Notes: generated by a model from the letters alone, not told the origin. A DNA stretch of 64,000 nucleotides from Eledone cirrhosa (GCA_964016885.1 OZ024742.1:196912001-196976000), one strand, 5' to 3'. Numbered from the stretch's first letter, positions 15,901 to 29,229 are shown. Program-made: numbers and translations.

Positions 15901-17355
15901 CCTCTTAGGGTATACGAAATAATTATTCTAAATTCTAGAAACTTCATAGAATGTTTGTAATTAATAATTTGTTTGGTCTTTTCAGTGAACAGTATAAATT
16001 CAAAAATTCTCTTGGTTTAATATTTCCCTACAAAATTATAATTAACATTTATTTCTAGACATGTAAAGTGAGTAAACTTATTTTGGACCGAACAAGTCCA
16101 TTTATGACTGTAATTTGATATTAACTGATAAATGTTATGACATTTGATAAATTCCATAATATATTACACTATAAAAAAAAAAAAAATGATTAATAATCAA
16201 TTAGCAGGAATAATGTTTTCGAATTGATTTTGACTTTGAATGTGGAATGAGCTGTCAGAAGTTAATTCACTATGACGAAATTACAATTGCTTTTATTTTG
16301 TCTGGTAAAGTAATTCGAAAAATCAAAAAAATCTGCATGAAATAATTTTCTAAAACACTATATATATGATATATCATATCATATATATGACATCCTGTAA
16401 ACATAGTATCAGTATTATATTTTAATACATAGTTTGGAATTCTTTACTTTTACTTTGAAATTCTGAAAATTATATTACAAAAAATATAAAGTTTTTCCTT
16501 ACATAGAGACAAGAATAAATAAATGTCAACTTCGATATAATATGGGTTCTTTTTTTTTTTTTTATTCAGATAGGTATGGATGGAAGCAAAGTTGACTCTG
16601 TTTGGATTTGAACTCAGAACGCAAGGCACCGATCGAAAAACGTACCACACCTACATATACACTATACTATGAGAGCTAACTCCTCCCCGTAATCAACAAT
16701 TGTAGGAACAACATTAACGATTAAAAAGGAAAGCTGGTCTGAATAATTGTAAAAAAAATGAGCAACAAAATAATGAGAGGCTGACAGTTTAAAAAATAAA
16801 GATAAATAAAGATAAAAATAAAGATATGGAAATGTTAATTTAGAAGCTGAATGATTAATTTTATGGTACGAAAAGAAAAATGGAAGAAATAATGTAGTTT
16901 TGACTGATGAAGAAAATGAGATCATATCAACTTCCGGTAGGAATGTGTGTAGACGACATTATACAAGTCAGGAGAGGTATTGGTTAAAAAGACAACTTTA
17001 ATAGAAAAAAGGTACGTGAGTTTCCTTATTATTTGACTGGTTAATATTAATGAATATTGAAATATTGTATCTCTGTTTGTATTGTGCAATATACAGGATT
17101 ATTTAGATACATATAAGATAAATTTATGACATTATTCGATAGATTTAAACAGCAATAAACTGCCCATCAGAACTCACAACAGTGCCACCAATTTTCACCA
17201 ATTATATTTAATACATATTTCCTTTTTCCTTTTATATTTTTCTTCTTACACACATATATATATACACACACACGTCTATCTTGTATAGGTCTGCGGTTAA
17301 GTGATAATAGTCCCCGAATACTAATCTCTTTCGAAGATATATGCATGTATGTATA

Positions 17356-17677
17356 TTCTTCTGGTTCTATAATTTCACAAATTTTGCCAATAGAGAGAGA
17401 GTCGGTTTTCTAACATAGACACAATACTCTCTCATTGGAATTTACACAACATCAACTAGGTAGATATGTATGCATGTGTGTGCAGGTATGGATGTTATTG
17501 TATGTGTGGATGTGTATGTTTTGAGTTGTATGTGTGCATGTCCATATGCTTTGTATCTGTACATGTGTATATGCAGTTATTAGATGCAGAATGTTTGGAA
17601 TGTTTTACATCATTTTACTGCTCCATTAATGGATTGTACTTGTAATTTTCTAACTAGTTGTGTTCTTTCTGTTTCTG
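17356..17677 (-). mobile_element. Second, 3'-UTR-only copy of the same R4/Dong-like element
   Basis: Near-identical to 17732-18057; bounded on both sides by (TATG)n. Confidence 0.85.
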
Positions 17678-17731
17678 TATGTATGTACGCATGCAGGTGT
17701 GTGAGTGTGTATATGTATGTATGTATGTATG

Positions 17732-20700
17732 TTCTTCTGGTTTTATAATTTCACAAAGTTTTACCAATAGAGAGAGAGTCGGTTTCTAACATAGACACAA
17801 TACTCTCTCATTGGAATTTACACAACATCAACTAGGTAGATATGTATGTATGCATGCATGTGTAGATATGGATGTTATTGTATGTGTGGATGTGTATGTT
17901 TTGAGTTGTATGTGTGCATGTGTATATGCTTTGTATCTGTACATGTGTATATGCAGTTATTAGATGCAACATTTTTGGAATGTTTTACATATTTTTACTG
18001 TTCCATTAATGGATTGTACTTGTAATTTTCTAACTAGTTGTGTTCTTTCTGTTCCTGTGAAGCCTAGCTTCTCAAGATTTGTATTGAGGCAGTTACTAAC
18101 ATATCCCAGTGCCCCAATAATCACAGGCATAAACTGAAGGTGTAATCAGGGTGGAGTATCTGCAGATTTCTCATCAGTTCTGCATAAATATTCTCCTTTT
18201 CACTAATCTTTGATATTATATTGGCATCTGCTGGGCAGCTAATTTCCACTACTGTGCATGTTTTCTTCTCCCTGTCCCATATCATAATATCTGGTCTGTT
18301 ATGCCTGCATTTTATTGGGGTTTTTACTGGAACATTCCACCAGTACTCTTTCATATTATGTACATGGATGTCTTCCACATTGTTGTAGCTTTTAATGTGT
18401 TTATTATCGGGGCTATCTTTTTTACGAACTGCATTGTACAGTGTTTTGGCCACTACATCATGCCTCATAGGTAGATAGTACCGCGATGACATCTTTGGGC
18501 AGCTGCTGATGACATGGGTGATATCCTCAATGTTAGTTCTTAAGAGTCTGCACTTGTTATCACATCTAGGTGTTTTGCCTGCATCCCTATCTCTTTTGTG
18601 AATCAGGTATTTCGTGCTAATCTCCTGTTCTTGGATTGCAAAAGCGTATCCTTCAAAGTGGGAGCCAATATAGCGGTTGTTGGTCCAAGATAGACTACTT
18701 TCGTTATCTATATTACTCTCACTTTGGAGCTTCCTGGCAACATATCCATGCATGATTTTTTGCTGATAGGCATGCAGTTTTTCATCCATGGATTCACTGC
18801 GATACTGCTGAGCGATATCCCTGAGTGTGAGATTTTGATTATCACACAGGGAATATCTCTCAAGGAGTTCCTTCCCAACTCTCATGATCTTATCTTCGAG
18901 GTTCGTAGATGTTGTCGGAGAGATATGATGCGACATTCAAATGTTGTCTGGACTGATGTTAGGCCTCTGCCTCCCTGCTTACGTTTCAAGTAAAGGCGGT
19001 CTATGTCACTGTTGATGTGGAAGTTTCCGGTGTTGTTCAGTATTTTTCGAGTTCCAACATCAACTGCTCGGATTTCATCTATCGTCCAATTGAGTATTCC
19101 AAACGTTGGTGTTAGGACAGGCACAGCAAACACATTGTGAGCCACTGTTTTGTTTTGCGCAGAGAGTTCCGACGACCAGATCTTTCTTAATCGGGTGCAG
19201 TATTCCCTGGTTACGCGTTCTTTATTACAGATACCATTATAGGATATGTTCTCATCTATCCCCAGGTATCTGTAACAGTCCTCATCAGATATCGGTGAAA
19301 CAGTTAGACCATTGATGACAATGTTGCTAGATTGGGTTGTTGTTTTTCCCCGCTTTACAGTCATGTATGAGCATTTATCCTGGCCAAACTCCATTCCTAT
19401 ATCCTTTGAGAACGTTGTAACCAGGTCAAGATTTTTCTTCATCCCATCCATGTTCTTGGCATAGAGTTTCAGATCGTCCACAAAGAAGTTATGGGTTAGG
19501 TCCGTATTTCTGTCCTCCTGTGAGCCAATGATATATCCCTCACATTTCTTGAGCAGAAAGGACAAGGGGTTTAATGACAAGATGAACAATATCACAGGAG
19601 ACTGCCTCCCTGAAATATACCCCTGCAATATTTTATTTTATCAGTGAAAATAGAGTCCTCCCTCTCTGTCTTTAACCTTAGGATAGTAACTCAAGAAGAA
19701 GGCAGCCTCTCTATGGCTCTGACAATAATGTCTGGGACTTTAGCAAGTTGGAGGGCCTCTATCATCCAAGAGTGGGGAACAGAATCGAAAGCTTTCTTGT
19801 AGTCCAGCCAGACTGTAGTCATATTCCTCCTAAGTTGTCGCACCTCCGACATCTCAGTTTTGTTGATTAGGAGTTGTTCAGCATATCCCCAAACCCTCTT
19901 CTTTCCAGCTGCTTGTTCATCTGTGACGATGTTATTATTTTCACAGTGATCTTGGAGGAATAGGTTCAGGCAGGCTGTATACATATTATACATCAGGTTC
20001 TGGCATGCAATGGGTCGGTAGTTTTTTGCCAAGTGGGTGTCTTTGTTCTTGGGGACCAGTAACGTTTGTGCTAATGTCAACCATTCTGGTATAAGTGTAT
20101 CTCCCTTAAGATCTTGTTGGTAGAGGTCAGTAAGATACCTCCGATAGAATATCAGTTTTTTGTACCAGTAGCCGACAATCATGTCTCTTCCTGGTGTTTT
20201 CTTATCTTGGAGTTTTCCTATCACAGTCTCAAGGGTACCCTCACTTATTTCATATGTTTTTGTTGTAGTGTAGGAGCAATAGTTCTTTCGGATTTCTCTT
20301 AGCCACACTGCATCTTGGTTGAAATTCTTCTTTTCACTCCATATTTTTCTCCAAAAGGAATCTGTCTTTCTGGGATGGGGCCTCAGTGACACTTATTATT
20401 TTGCCCTTCATATCTCTATAGACTGATGTTTGGGTTCGTCTGAATCTTTTATTAAGCATTTTTCTCTCATCTACCTTCTTCAGTATCGGCGTTTTTCGCT
20501 AACAGCTCTCAATTCTTGTTTGAGGGTGATCAGCTTATATTGGAGAGTTCTTGTTCTACTGTTACCAAACATCGTCTCTATTTTATTTTTCACTTTGTTG
20601 GTGAGGAGTGAGGTTTTTTGTGTTTGTTTGCATGTAAGGAGCATTATCCCATGTCCTATGTTTTTTCGTAGGTCAGCACTCTTTTTTTCTATTTTAGTTA

Positions 20701-21377
20701 TATATGATGGTATTTTTGGTGGTGTTTTGTTCTTGTTAATATCTCTGCTATCACCAAGATAATGCTTCACTGTCATTGCTAAGGCATATAAACAGGCGTT
20801 GATTTGCCAAAATGTTGGGGTTTTTATCTGTCGTAAATATTCATCCCCTATTTCGTCAATAACACGTAGTATTTCATTATTTGGCTTTTTATTCACCATT
20901 GTCATTTTAACACGTTCAGCCAGAGAGATATTTATACATGAGTTAATTTCTCTCTGGAAGATTTCGTTGAGGGAAATTTTCAATTGTTTATACTTTTGAT
21001 TATCATTATCGATAGTAATTTCCACAACAGTCGAGGTAGACTCGGATGGTATACGTGGTGTCACATTTATTCGATTATTATTATTATCGATAGTGTTTTC
21101 CCCAGCATTCGAGGTAGATTTAGATGGTACAGGTGGTGTCAAGTTTCTTACAGGCATAGTTGTTTCAAGGCGCTGTTCAACCTGGCTGCTAGGAAGTCTA
21201 GTAGCATGGCGATCTGTAGCACGTGTTGTTGATTCCATGTTTGTTGTGGGGGACTTACATTACAATTAATAATATTTATCTTATTTTTACGTTCAACAAA
21301 CGTCGCTTGTTGGCGTAATTGTTTCGCTGTGAAATAATTTAGCTCTGGGTGCATTTCGTCCCAGTGTAGCTTCATTC
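17732..21377 (-). mobile_element. R4/Dong-like non-LTR retrotransposon (RT + restriction-like endonuclease), 5'-truncated and frameshifted
   Basis: Consecutive minus ORFs carry RT motifs (YRPIACQNLMY, WLDYKKAFDSVPH, THNFFVDDLKLY, YRYLGI), a CCHC-type knuckle (CRL...ITHVISSCP), RHD and RLE motif RPDIMIWD...VVEISCP. N-terminal W..MHP...QLRQQ motif is present. 3' UTR ends in (CATA)n. Confidence 0.88.
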
Positions 21378-21543
21378 TATGTATGTATGTATGTATGTAT
21401 GTATGTATGTATGTATGTATGTATGTATGTATGTATGTATGTATGTATGCATGCATGTATGTATGCATGCATGCATGCATGCATGTATATATGTATTATT
21501 GTCTGTCTGTTTGTTTGTATGTATGTGTGAATGTATGTATGCA

Positions 21544-21584
<41 letters not shown>

Positions 21585-21612
21585 ATGTATGAATATATAT
21601 GTAGATATGTAT

Positions 21613-21677
<65 letters not shown>

Positions 21678-21684
21678 TATATGT

Positions 21685-21960
21685 ATGAAGGCGCATGGCT
21701 TAGGGGTTAGGGTGTTCGAGTAATAATCGGAAAGTCATGAGTTCGATACCGGGTGCTGTATTGTGTTTTTAAGCAAGAGACTTTATTCCACATTGTTCCA
21801 GTTTATTCAGCTGAAAACAAAAGAACGGGCTGTTGCTATTATCCAAGGAGGTCAACCTTGTCACACGTTGTGTCACGCTGACTCTTCCTGAGAACTATGT
21901 TAAAGTTTCATGTGTCTGTGAATTGCTCAACCATTTGGACACTAATTTCACGAGAAGTCC
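21685..21960 (+). mobile_element. tRNA-head SINE of the second family
   Basis: tggcttaggggttagg (A box-like) ... gagttcgatacc (B box-like) ... gcaagagactttattccacattgttccag. Confidence 0.65.
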
Positions 21961-22006
21961 AAAAACAACAACAACAACAAACCACACACACAACTATACA
22001 AGCACA

Positions 22007-22046
<40 letters not shown>

Positions 22047-22222
22047 TCTATGTATCTATGCATGCTTGTCTGTATATATATATATATATACTCCCCAAAT
22101 TGTTCGCTTACTAAGAACTGTAATAAGATAGTGCTTAGCTTGAGAAAGCTGTATATGTATATATACATTTACAAACACACACACATACACATACACACAC
22201 ATATATATATATGTGTGTGTAT

Positions 22223-22263
<41 letters not shown>

Positions 22264-22604
22264 GTGGAGGTGGGGGTCGAGTGAAAATGTGTGCCTTGGA
22301 AGCGTAATAAGAAATGTACTTCCCCACACCCGAAGACCTCACACCAAATCTAATGAAACCATGTATACTTGAAAAGGTCCTTAGAGATTTAATACGTATG
22401 CAAACCTTACGCCTTATTCTTTTTTGAAAAAAGGATACTATTTATCTGAACATTCCTGAAGTCTATTTAGTGTGAATTATTAGTAGCTTCATAGAACCGT
22501 TAAAATAAGAAACACATATTTAAAGTATAGACAGAACATACTACACTTCGGTCTATATCATTTGGGAAGCGGAGTATTTATATTACTACCTAGCGGGATT
22601 ACTG

Positions 22605-22666
<62 letters not shown>

Positions 22667-22785
22667 TGTAATACTTTGGGAGGGTCATGCTGCCAATAAA
22701 AACACGCACTTGCTGGATTTCACTTCAATAAATCTCCGGTTGGCTGGCTGGCTGGTTCGATAACCGGATGGTTGTTTATATATTG

Positions 22786-22826
22786 TCAAAGCTCTTTCGT
22801 CACACATTCTGTGATCTCCTCAGTGA
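22786..22826 (-). ncRNA. Minimal hammerhead ribozyme
   Basis: TCA-CTGAGGA-gatcaca gaatg tgtgac-GAAA-GAGC-TT-TGA. Confidence 0.65.
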
Positions 22827-22850
22827 GTAAGTTTTTATTTTGTGTTATCG

Positions 22851-23006
22851 AACCAACCAACCAACCAACCAACCAACCAACCAACCAACCAACCAACCAA
22901 CCAACCAACCAACCAACCAGCCAACCAACCAACCAACCAAACAACCAGCCAACCAACCAACCAACCAAACAACCAACCAGCCAGTCAACCAACCAACCAA
23001 CCAACC
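22851..23006. repeat. (AACC)n microsatellite inside an inverted-repeat arm
   Basis: Direct inspection. Confidence 0.92.
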
Positions 23007-23242
23007 GGAAATTTATAATAAATTGAAGTGAATACCAACAGCAGGTGCGTGTGTTTTTATTGGCAGCATGACCCTACCAAAATATAACAATATCTGTTTC
23101 AACACACGTTTTCAAGTAAGAAATCTTGCCAAACAAATTTATATATACATATAATAGTAATAATAATAAATTGGAGACTAAAATCCAAAGAGGGCTCGAT
23201 AAGGATAAATATATATCAAATATATAAGAACCGTAGAGCAAA

Positions 23243-23626
23243 TATTTATTAAAATAACAGATTAAAGTTTAAGCAAAGAATCGCTGCTTTCACCCTTAAC
23301 GGGATCTTCTGAAACTAATAAAGTCAATCTGTAAACGCAGAAGTGAATATTTCAAAAAACGTTGCAACCGAAGGAAGACAGGAAAACGATACTTTGATTC
23401 GTGGAGACGTTCCCTGGCAAAGAACGGGAAAAAACGAATATAATACGTCATTCAGGGAACGTTTCCACGAACCAAAGTATCGTCTTCCTGTCTTCCTCCG
23501 GTTGCAACGTTTTTTGAAATATTCACTTCTGCGGTTACAGATTGACTTTGTTAGTTTCAGAAGATCCCGTTAAGGGTGAAAGCAGCGATTCTTTGCTTAA
23601 ACTTTAATCTGTTATTTTAATAAATA
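23243..23626. repeat. Inverted repeat, 174-bp arms, 36-bp spacer
   Basis: 23243-23416 pairs with 23453-23626. The same family recurs at 23912-23986 and 43740-43942. Confidence 0.9.
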
Positions 23627-23850
23627 TATGCATATATATATATATGTGTGTTACTACAGTAGTAACACACATAACTAACACACACACATACATGTATATA
23701 TATATATCTATATATATATATATATATAGGAGGAGGTTATTTAAATAAATCTAAGGTAAAAGACTAATTGTCAACAATATCTTTTGCATTTGCATTCTTT
23801 ATTCTATGTCCACACCTGCATTGTTTTGGCTTTATTATACATATACAAAC

Positions 23851-23916
<66 letters not shown>

Positions 23917-24108
23917 TAAAATAACAGATTAAAGTTTAAGCAAAGAATCGGTGCTTTCACCCTTAACGGGATCTTCTGAAACTAACTTTCGCCGTTCGAA
24001 ACACTCAATGCTGTTACGAAGAGATTGTACCCTGAGCTGATCGATATCGAAATAATTGTAATATACCATTAAAGTTTGTACATACGCTACAACACTGACT
24101 TCGATTTA

Positions 24109-24203
<95 letters not shown>

Positions 24204-24294
24204 ATAGAGGTGTATATGAAAGCAAATACGGTAAGAGATCGCAACATGAATTCCACCCCGTTCGTCCCTTCAGTCTATCTAATTTCCCATTCTT

Positions 24295-24330
24295 TCTTCC
24301 GATGAAGGATTAGCGTCCGAAACGTTAAGA
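24295..24330 (+). ncRNA. Minimal hammerhead, U4C variant
   Basis: TCTT-CCGATGA-a ggat tagc gtcc-GAAA-CG-TT-AAGA. Confidence 0.62.
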
Positions 24331-24829
24331 CCCTCTTCCTGCTATTTCAAGCGTTAACCTAATATATCCCTTCTATATACTGTACCGATTGTGTTGTTAT
24401 TTATGTTTACCCTTTACACACACACACATACACACACACACATATATATATATATTAGAATCTGTGTTTAAAATACCATAGAATTTAAAGCATTCAAACA
24501 TTAACTGATTGAGCACACAGTACTTGTGGGTCGAGTCAACATTTTTTTCTAAGTAGAAAAATGAAAGTAGTTTCGAAGTTTCAGTTTCTTACACGGAAAG
24601 AAAATCGAAACACAGTAGGCGGACAAAGAAACCATCTATCTTCTCTATCAGACAGCCCCTGGGTAATGTGATATCGTAAAAATCAGGCGCGATTGCATAA
24701 TATTGAGCTCCGGTTGCACGAAGGTTTTAACATGCCGCCGGAAAGATGCATATGAGAAAACAGAACACAGAGGCAGGAGAAAATAAGGGAGTGTCTCTCA
24801 GTCAGGCCAACAAAGTGAGTAACTAAACA

Positions 24830-25442
24830 ATTAATAATTGTTTCTACTTTAGGCACAAGGCCAGCAATTATCCCAGTGCATTACTAGTACTTTATTTTAT
24901 CGACCCCGTAAGGATAAAAGGCAAAGTTAACCTCGGTTAATGGTTTCTGATTTAGACACAAGGCCACACTATTGGGGAAGAGAAAGTTCGATTAAATCAA
25001 CCCCAGCATGTTACTCTGTACTTTATTTTATCGACCCCGTAAGGATGAAAGGCAAAGCTAACCTCGGCGGGATTTGAACTCACCTCCTAAAGGGTCATAA
25101 CTCTATACCGCAAACATTTTTGTCCGATGTTCTACTGATAATGCCAATCTACTGTCTTTGCGTAAATAATTAATTGTTTCTACTTCAGGCACAAGGCCAG
25201 CAATTACCCAGTGCATTACTGGTACTTTATTTTATCGACCCCGTAAGGATGAAAGGCAAAGTCAACCTCGGCGGGATTTGAACTCAGATTGTAAAGGGAC
25301 GTAACTATGCTGGAAAGCATGGCGTCCGACCCTCTACCGATTATAGTTTCTCATATAGGCATAAGTCCAGCAATTTTTGGGGAGGGGTAAGTCGATTAAA
25401 TTGACCCCAGTGTGTGACTGGTACTTTATTTTATCGACCCCG
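24830..25442 (-). mobile_element. Tandem array of four SINE copies
   Basis: Four head-to-tail repeats of ggcacaaggcc...tttatcgaccccgta. Confidence 0.85.
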
Positions 25443-25595
25443 TATATATATATATATATATATACATATATTTATATTTATACATGATATATATATATAT
25501 ATATATATACATATATTTATATTTATACATGATATATATATACACATATATATATATATACATATACATACACACACTCGCACACACACTCGCAC

Positions 25596-25703
<108 letters not shown>

Positions 25704-25899
25704 GGTATAAAGTAACACGTTTTAGAATACGAAAACAGGTAATTTTAGGCGAAGAAGTTATAAAGCTAAAAAATACGAGATTTATTTGGTACGCAAGGCT
25801 AAGTATGAAATCCTAATATGAACGATTATGATATAGTTAGCAATGTTTGGCTTCATTTTTCAATGTATATTTACTCTCTCTTTCTCTCATACACACACA

Positions 25900-25940
<41 letters not shown>

Positions 25941-26136
25941 TCTTTTACTCTTTTACCTGTTTCAGCCATCCGGCTGAGGCCATATATATATACACGGTTC
26001 AAGAGAAACCAATCTTAAAGAGAGAGATTGAGATAGTAGAGGAGATATGAGAGGAAAGATTGGTGAGTTAGTTAGAAGCCAAAGCGTAAAGGCATGTCTT
26101 CCTTGTGAAATTTGTGGTCTTGTTTTGCTTAACTAA

Positions 26137-26203
<67 letters not shown>

Positions 26204-26279
26204 CCCTTTCCAGGGATAACTTGAACCATTAAGATATATTATCCTTGGTCATGTCAAATATTTATAAAATATTTTGTAT

Positions 26280-26335
26280 TTTATCTGATGATAGCGTACC
26301 AAAATTTTTGGTACCCTTGAAATATATATAATGGA
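26280..26335 (+). ncRNA. Type-I hammerhead ribozyme
   Basis: TTTAT-CTGATGA-tagcgtaccaaaa t ttttggtaccctt-GAAA-TATATA-TA-ATGGA. Stem I has two G-U pairs. Confidence 0.7.
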
Positions 26336-26512
26336 ATAAATATGGTTTTATAAATATAGTTTCCATTTATTTAATATCATTGTATATATATATTTATATA
26401 TTTAATTAAAACAACAGAAGGCCGGACTGGAGATATCCCTTTAAAGTTTTAATGTTGCAAAATAAATAGAAAAACAAACACTATAAATATTTCAATGGCC
26501 TGGTTCCGTAAG

Positions 26513-26560
<48 letters not shown>

Positions 26561-26686
26561 GTAGGAGGTGAGTTTTATTGTAGTACAATAAAGCAATGCA
26601 GATATCGGATAAGAAGCACTCTACAGTTTGTAGGACTGGAGTATACATAATATATAAGAACAAAAGATGGTTAAAAGAGTTCCATG

Positions 26687-26757
26687 TATTTTATTATGCG
26701 CATTTCAAAAACAAATATCATCATGCAATAATATTTGTGTTTTCATCAGATAAAATA
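26687..26757 (-). ncRNA. Type-I hammerhead ribozyme, mirror copy of 26876-26946
   Basis: Exact reverse complement within the 26651-26982 palindrome. Confidence 0.85.
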
Positions 26758-26875
26758 GGAAGACATGATATGAAGGTTAAAAAACACTTGTGGATAGTGC
26801 AGTTTTAAATCAACATATGTTGATTTAAAACTGCACTATCCACAAGTGTTTTTTAACCTTCATATCATGTCTTCC

Positions 26876-26946
26876 TATTTTATCTGATGAAAACACAAAT
26901 ATTATTGCATGATGATATTTGTTTTTGAAATGCGCATAATAAAATA
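26876..26946 (+). ncRNA. Type-I hammerhead ribozyme, intact core
   Basis: TATTTTAT-CTGATGA-aaacacaaatatt...gatatttgttttt-GAAA-TGCGCA-TA-ATAAAATA. 8-bp stem I, paired stem II, palindromic stem III. Confidence 0.85.
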
Positions 26947-27049
26947 CTTGGAACTCTTTTAACCATCTTTTATTCTTATATATATATATGTGAGTGTGTG
27001 TGTGTGTATGTGGGTGAGTGTGTTATATACGTATGTATATGTGTGTAAA

Positions 27050-27106
<57 letters not shown>

Positions 27107-27109
27107 GTG

Positions 27110-27720
27110 GGAAAGTAAAAAATCGGAGAATAGACCGTTAAAACATGTTTATTTAAAATATCACCTACGTACGTTTCGCCCAGTTGGGCTTCTCAAGGGC
27201 ATAAATAATCACAAGCGTTCCTTATATTGCTCGGAAAGAGTTTTTGGGGTTAAATCCACATCAAGGTTCATTGCTCGCAAAAATATCTTGTTTTGATTTT
27301 GAACTCTGGCCGGTGTTAGGGCAGTCTTTCCCGGACAAATTTTTTTTTTTTTCCTTGCCGCATCCGTTTGTCTGAGGCTGGGTCTGGTATGCAAGGATTG
27401 TTTCCTGGGTGTTATTTTGCAGCGCCTGCCCGCCGGGGTGTTAAGACTTGTTGCAGGGAGATCCAGTGTACTATTTCACTCTCCCATCCTTAACCCATCT
27501 GAAGAAGGATATTTTTAAGCGATGTGTACAACTTATCGCTGTTTCAGCTCTGCTGTTGATGAGCTCGTGGGGTGCAGTTATGATGTGGTAGAGCTCCATG
27601 AGGCAAAGATCGCATTTCCTCTTGAAGTTGTACGGTGCAGACCTGCCGACAAGCTTCCAGTGCGTGGAGAAGCTGATGTTTAAGTCCTTTAGTGATGTGA
27701 TGTAGTGGCATACGCTACTT
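27110..27720 (-). mobile_element. Penelope-like 3' fragment (GIY-YIG C-terminus plus 3' UTR with hammerhead motif)
   Basis: Translation ...[11 protein letters not shown]...[13 protein letters not shown]...LINSRAE...CTHR parallels the 35923 ORF. Flanked by (TA)n on both sides. Confidence 0.8.
27160..27203 (-). ncRNA. Hammerhead with U3-A8 compensatory core, downstream of a Penelope ORF fragment
   Basis: CC-TTGAGAA-gccc aact gggc-GAAA-CGTACG-TA-GG. Palindromic stem III, weak stem I. Confidence 0.6.
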
Positions 27721-27781
27721 GGCAAATAACTATATGTATCACCTATCCCCCCTTTTTTTCTCTTTCTCGATACGTAAATAC

Positions 27782-27825
<44 letters not shown>

Positions 27826-27845
27826 TGTGTATATATATATATATG

Positions 27846-27989
<144 letters not shown>

Positions 27990-28176
27990 TAAACGTTTGA
28001 ATATGTGTAATAAGGCCAAAACAATGCAGGTATGGACATAGAAAAAAGAATGAAATAGTAAAAGAATTCGTCTTTCACCTTGAATTTATTTAAATGTCCT
28101 TAAAGTTCGAGATAATATCTCTTCTTCGGAGGGAAATAAAGGTCTCAAACCAGCGTCTTAAATCTCTAGCCAAGCT

Positions 28177-28243
28177 GTATATATATATATGTATATATAT
28201 ATGTATATATATATATATGTATATGTATATATATGTCTATATG

Positions 28244-28296
<53 letters not shown>

Positions 28297-28439
28297 GTAT
28301 GTATATATATATATATATATATGTATGTATATATGTATATATATATATGTATGTATATATATATATATATGTATGTATATATGTATATATATATATGTAT
28401 GTATATATGTATATATATATATGTATGTATATATATATG

Positions 28440-28505
<66 letters not shown>

Positions 28506-28695
28506 TGTATATATATGTATATATATATGTATATATATGTATATATATATATGTATATATATATATGTATATATATATATGTATATATATATATGTATAT
28601 ATATATGTATATATATGTATATATATATATGTATATATATATATGTATATATATATATGTATATATATATGTATATATATATGTATATATATATG

Positions 28696-28746
<51 letters not shown>

Positions 28747-28783
28747 GTATGTATATATATATATATATGTATATATATGTATG

Positions 28784-28815
<32 letters not shown>

Positions 28816-28913
28816 TATGTATATATATGTGTATATATATATATATGTATATATATGTGTATATATATATATATGTATATATATATGTATATATATATAT
28901 GTATATATATATG

Positions 28914-28946
<33 letters not shown>

Positions 28947-28959
28947 GTATATATATATG

Positions 28960-28994
<35 letters not shown>

Positions 28995-29034
28995 GTATAT
29001 ATATATGTTATATATATATATATGTATATATATG

Positions 29035-29083
<49 letters not shown>

Positions 29084-29229
29084 GTATATATATATATATG
29101 TATATATATATGTATTATATATATATGTATATATATATATATATGTATATATATATGTATATATATATATGTATATATATATGTATATATATATATGTAT
29201 ATATATATGTATATATATATATGTATATA

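Larger units (their letters stand above)
26651..26982. repeat. Near-perfect spacerless 332-bp palindrome
   Basis: Centre caacat|atgttg at 26816/26817; I see only about 2 mismatches. Confidence 0.93.

Noticed and set aside
17386-17442. Ribozyme in the R4-like 3' UTR
   Set aside because: Only a hairpin (ccaat..gagagagt / actctctc..attgg); no hammerhead or HDV core.
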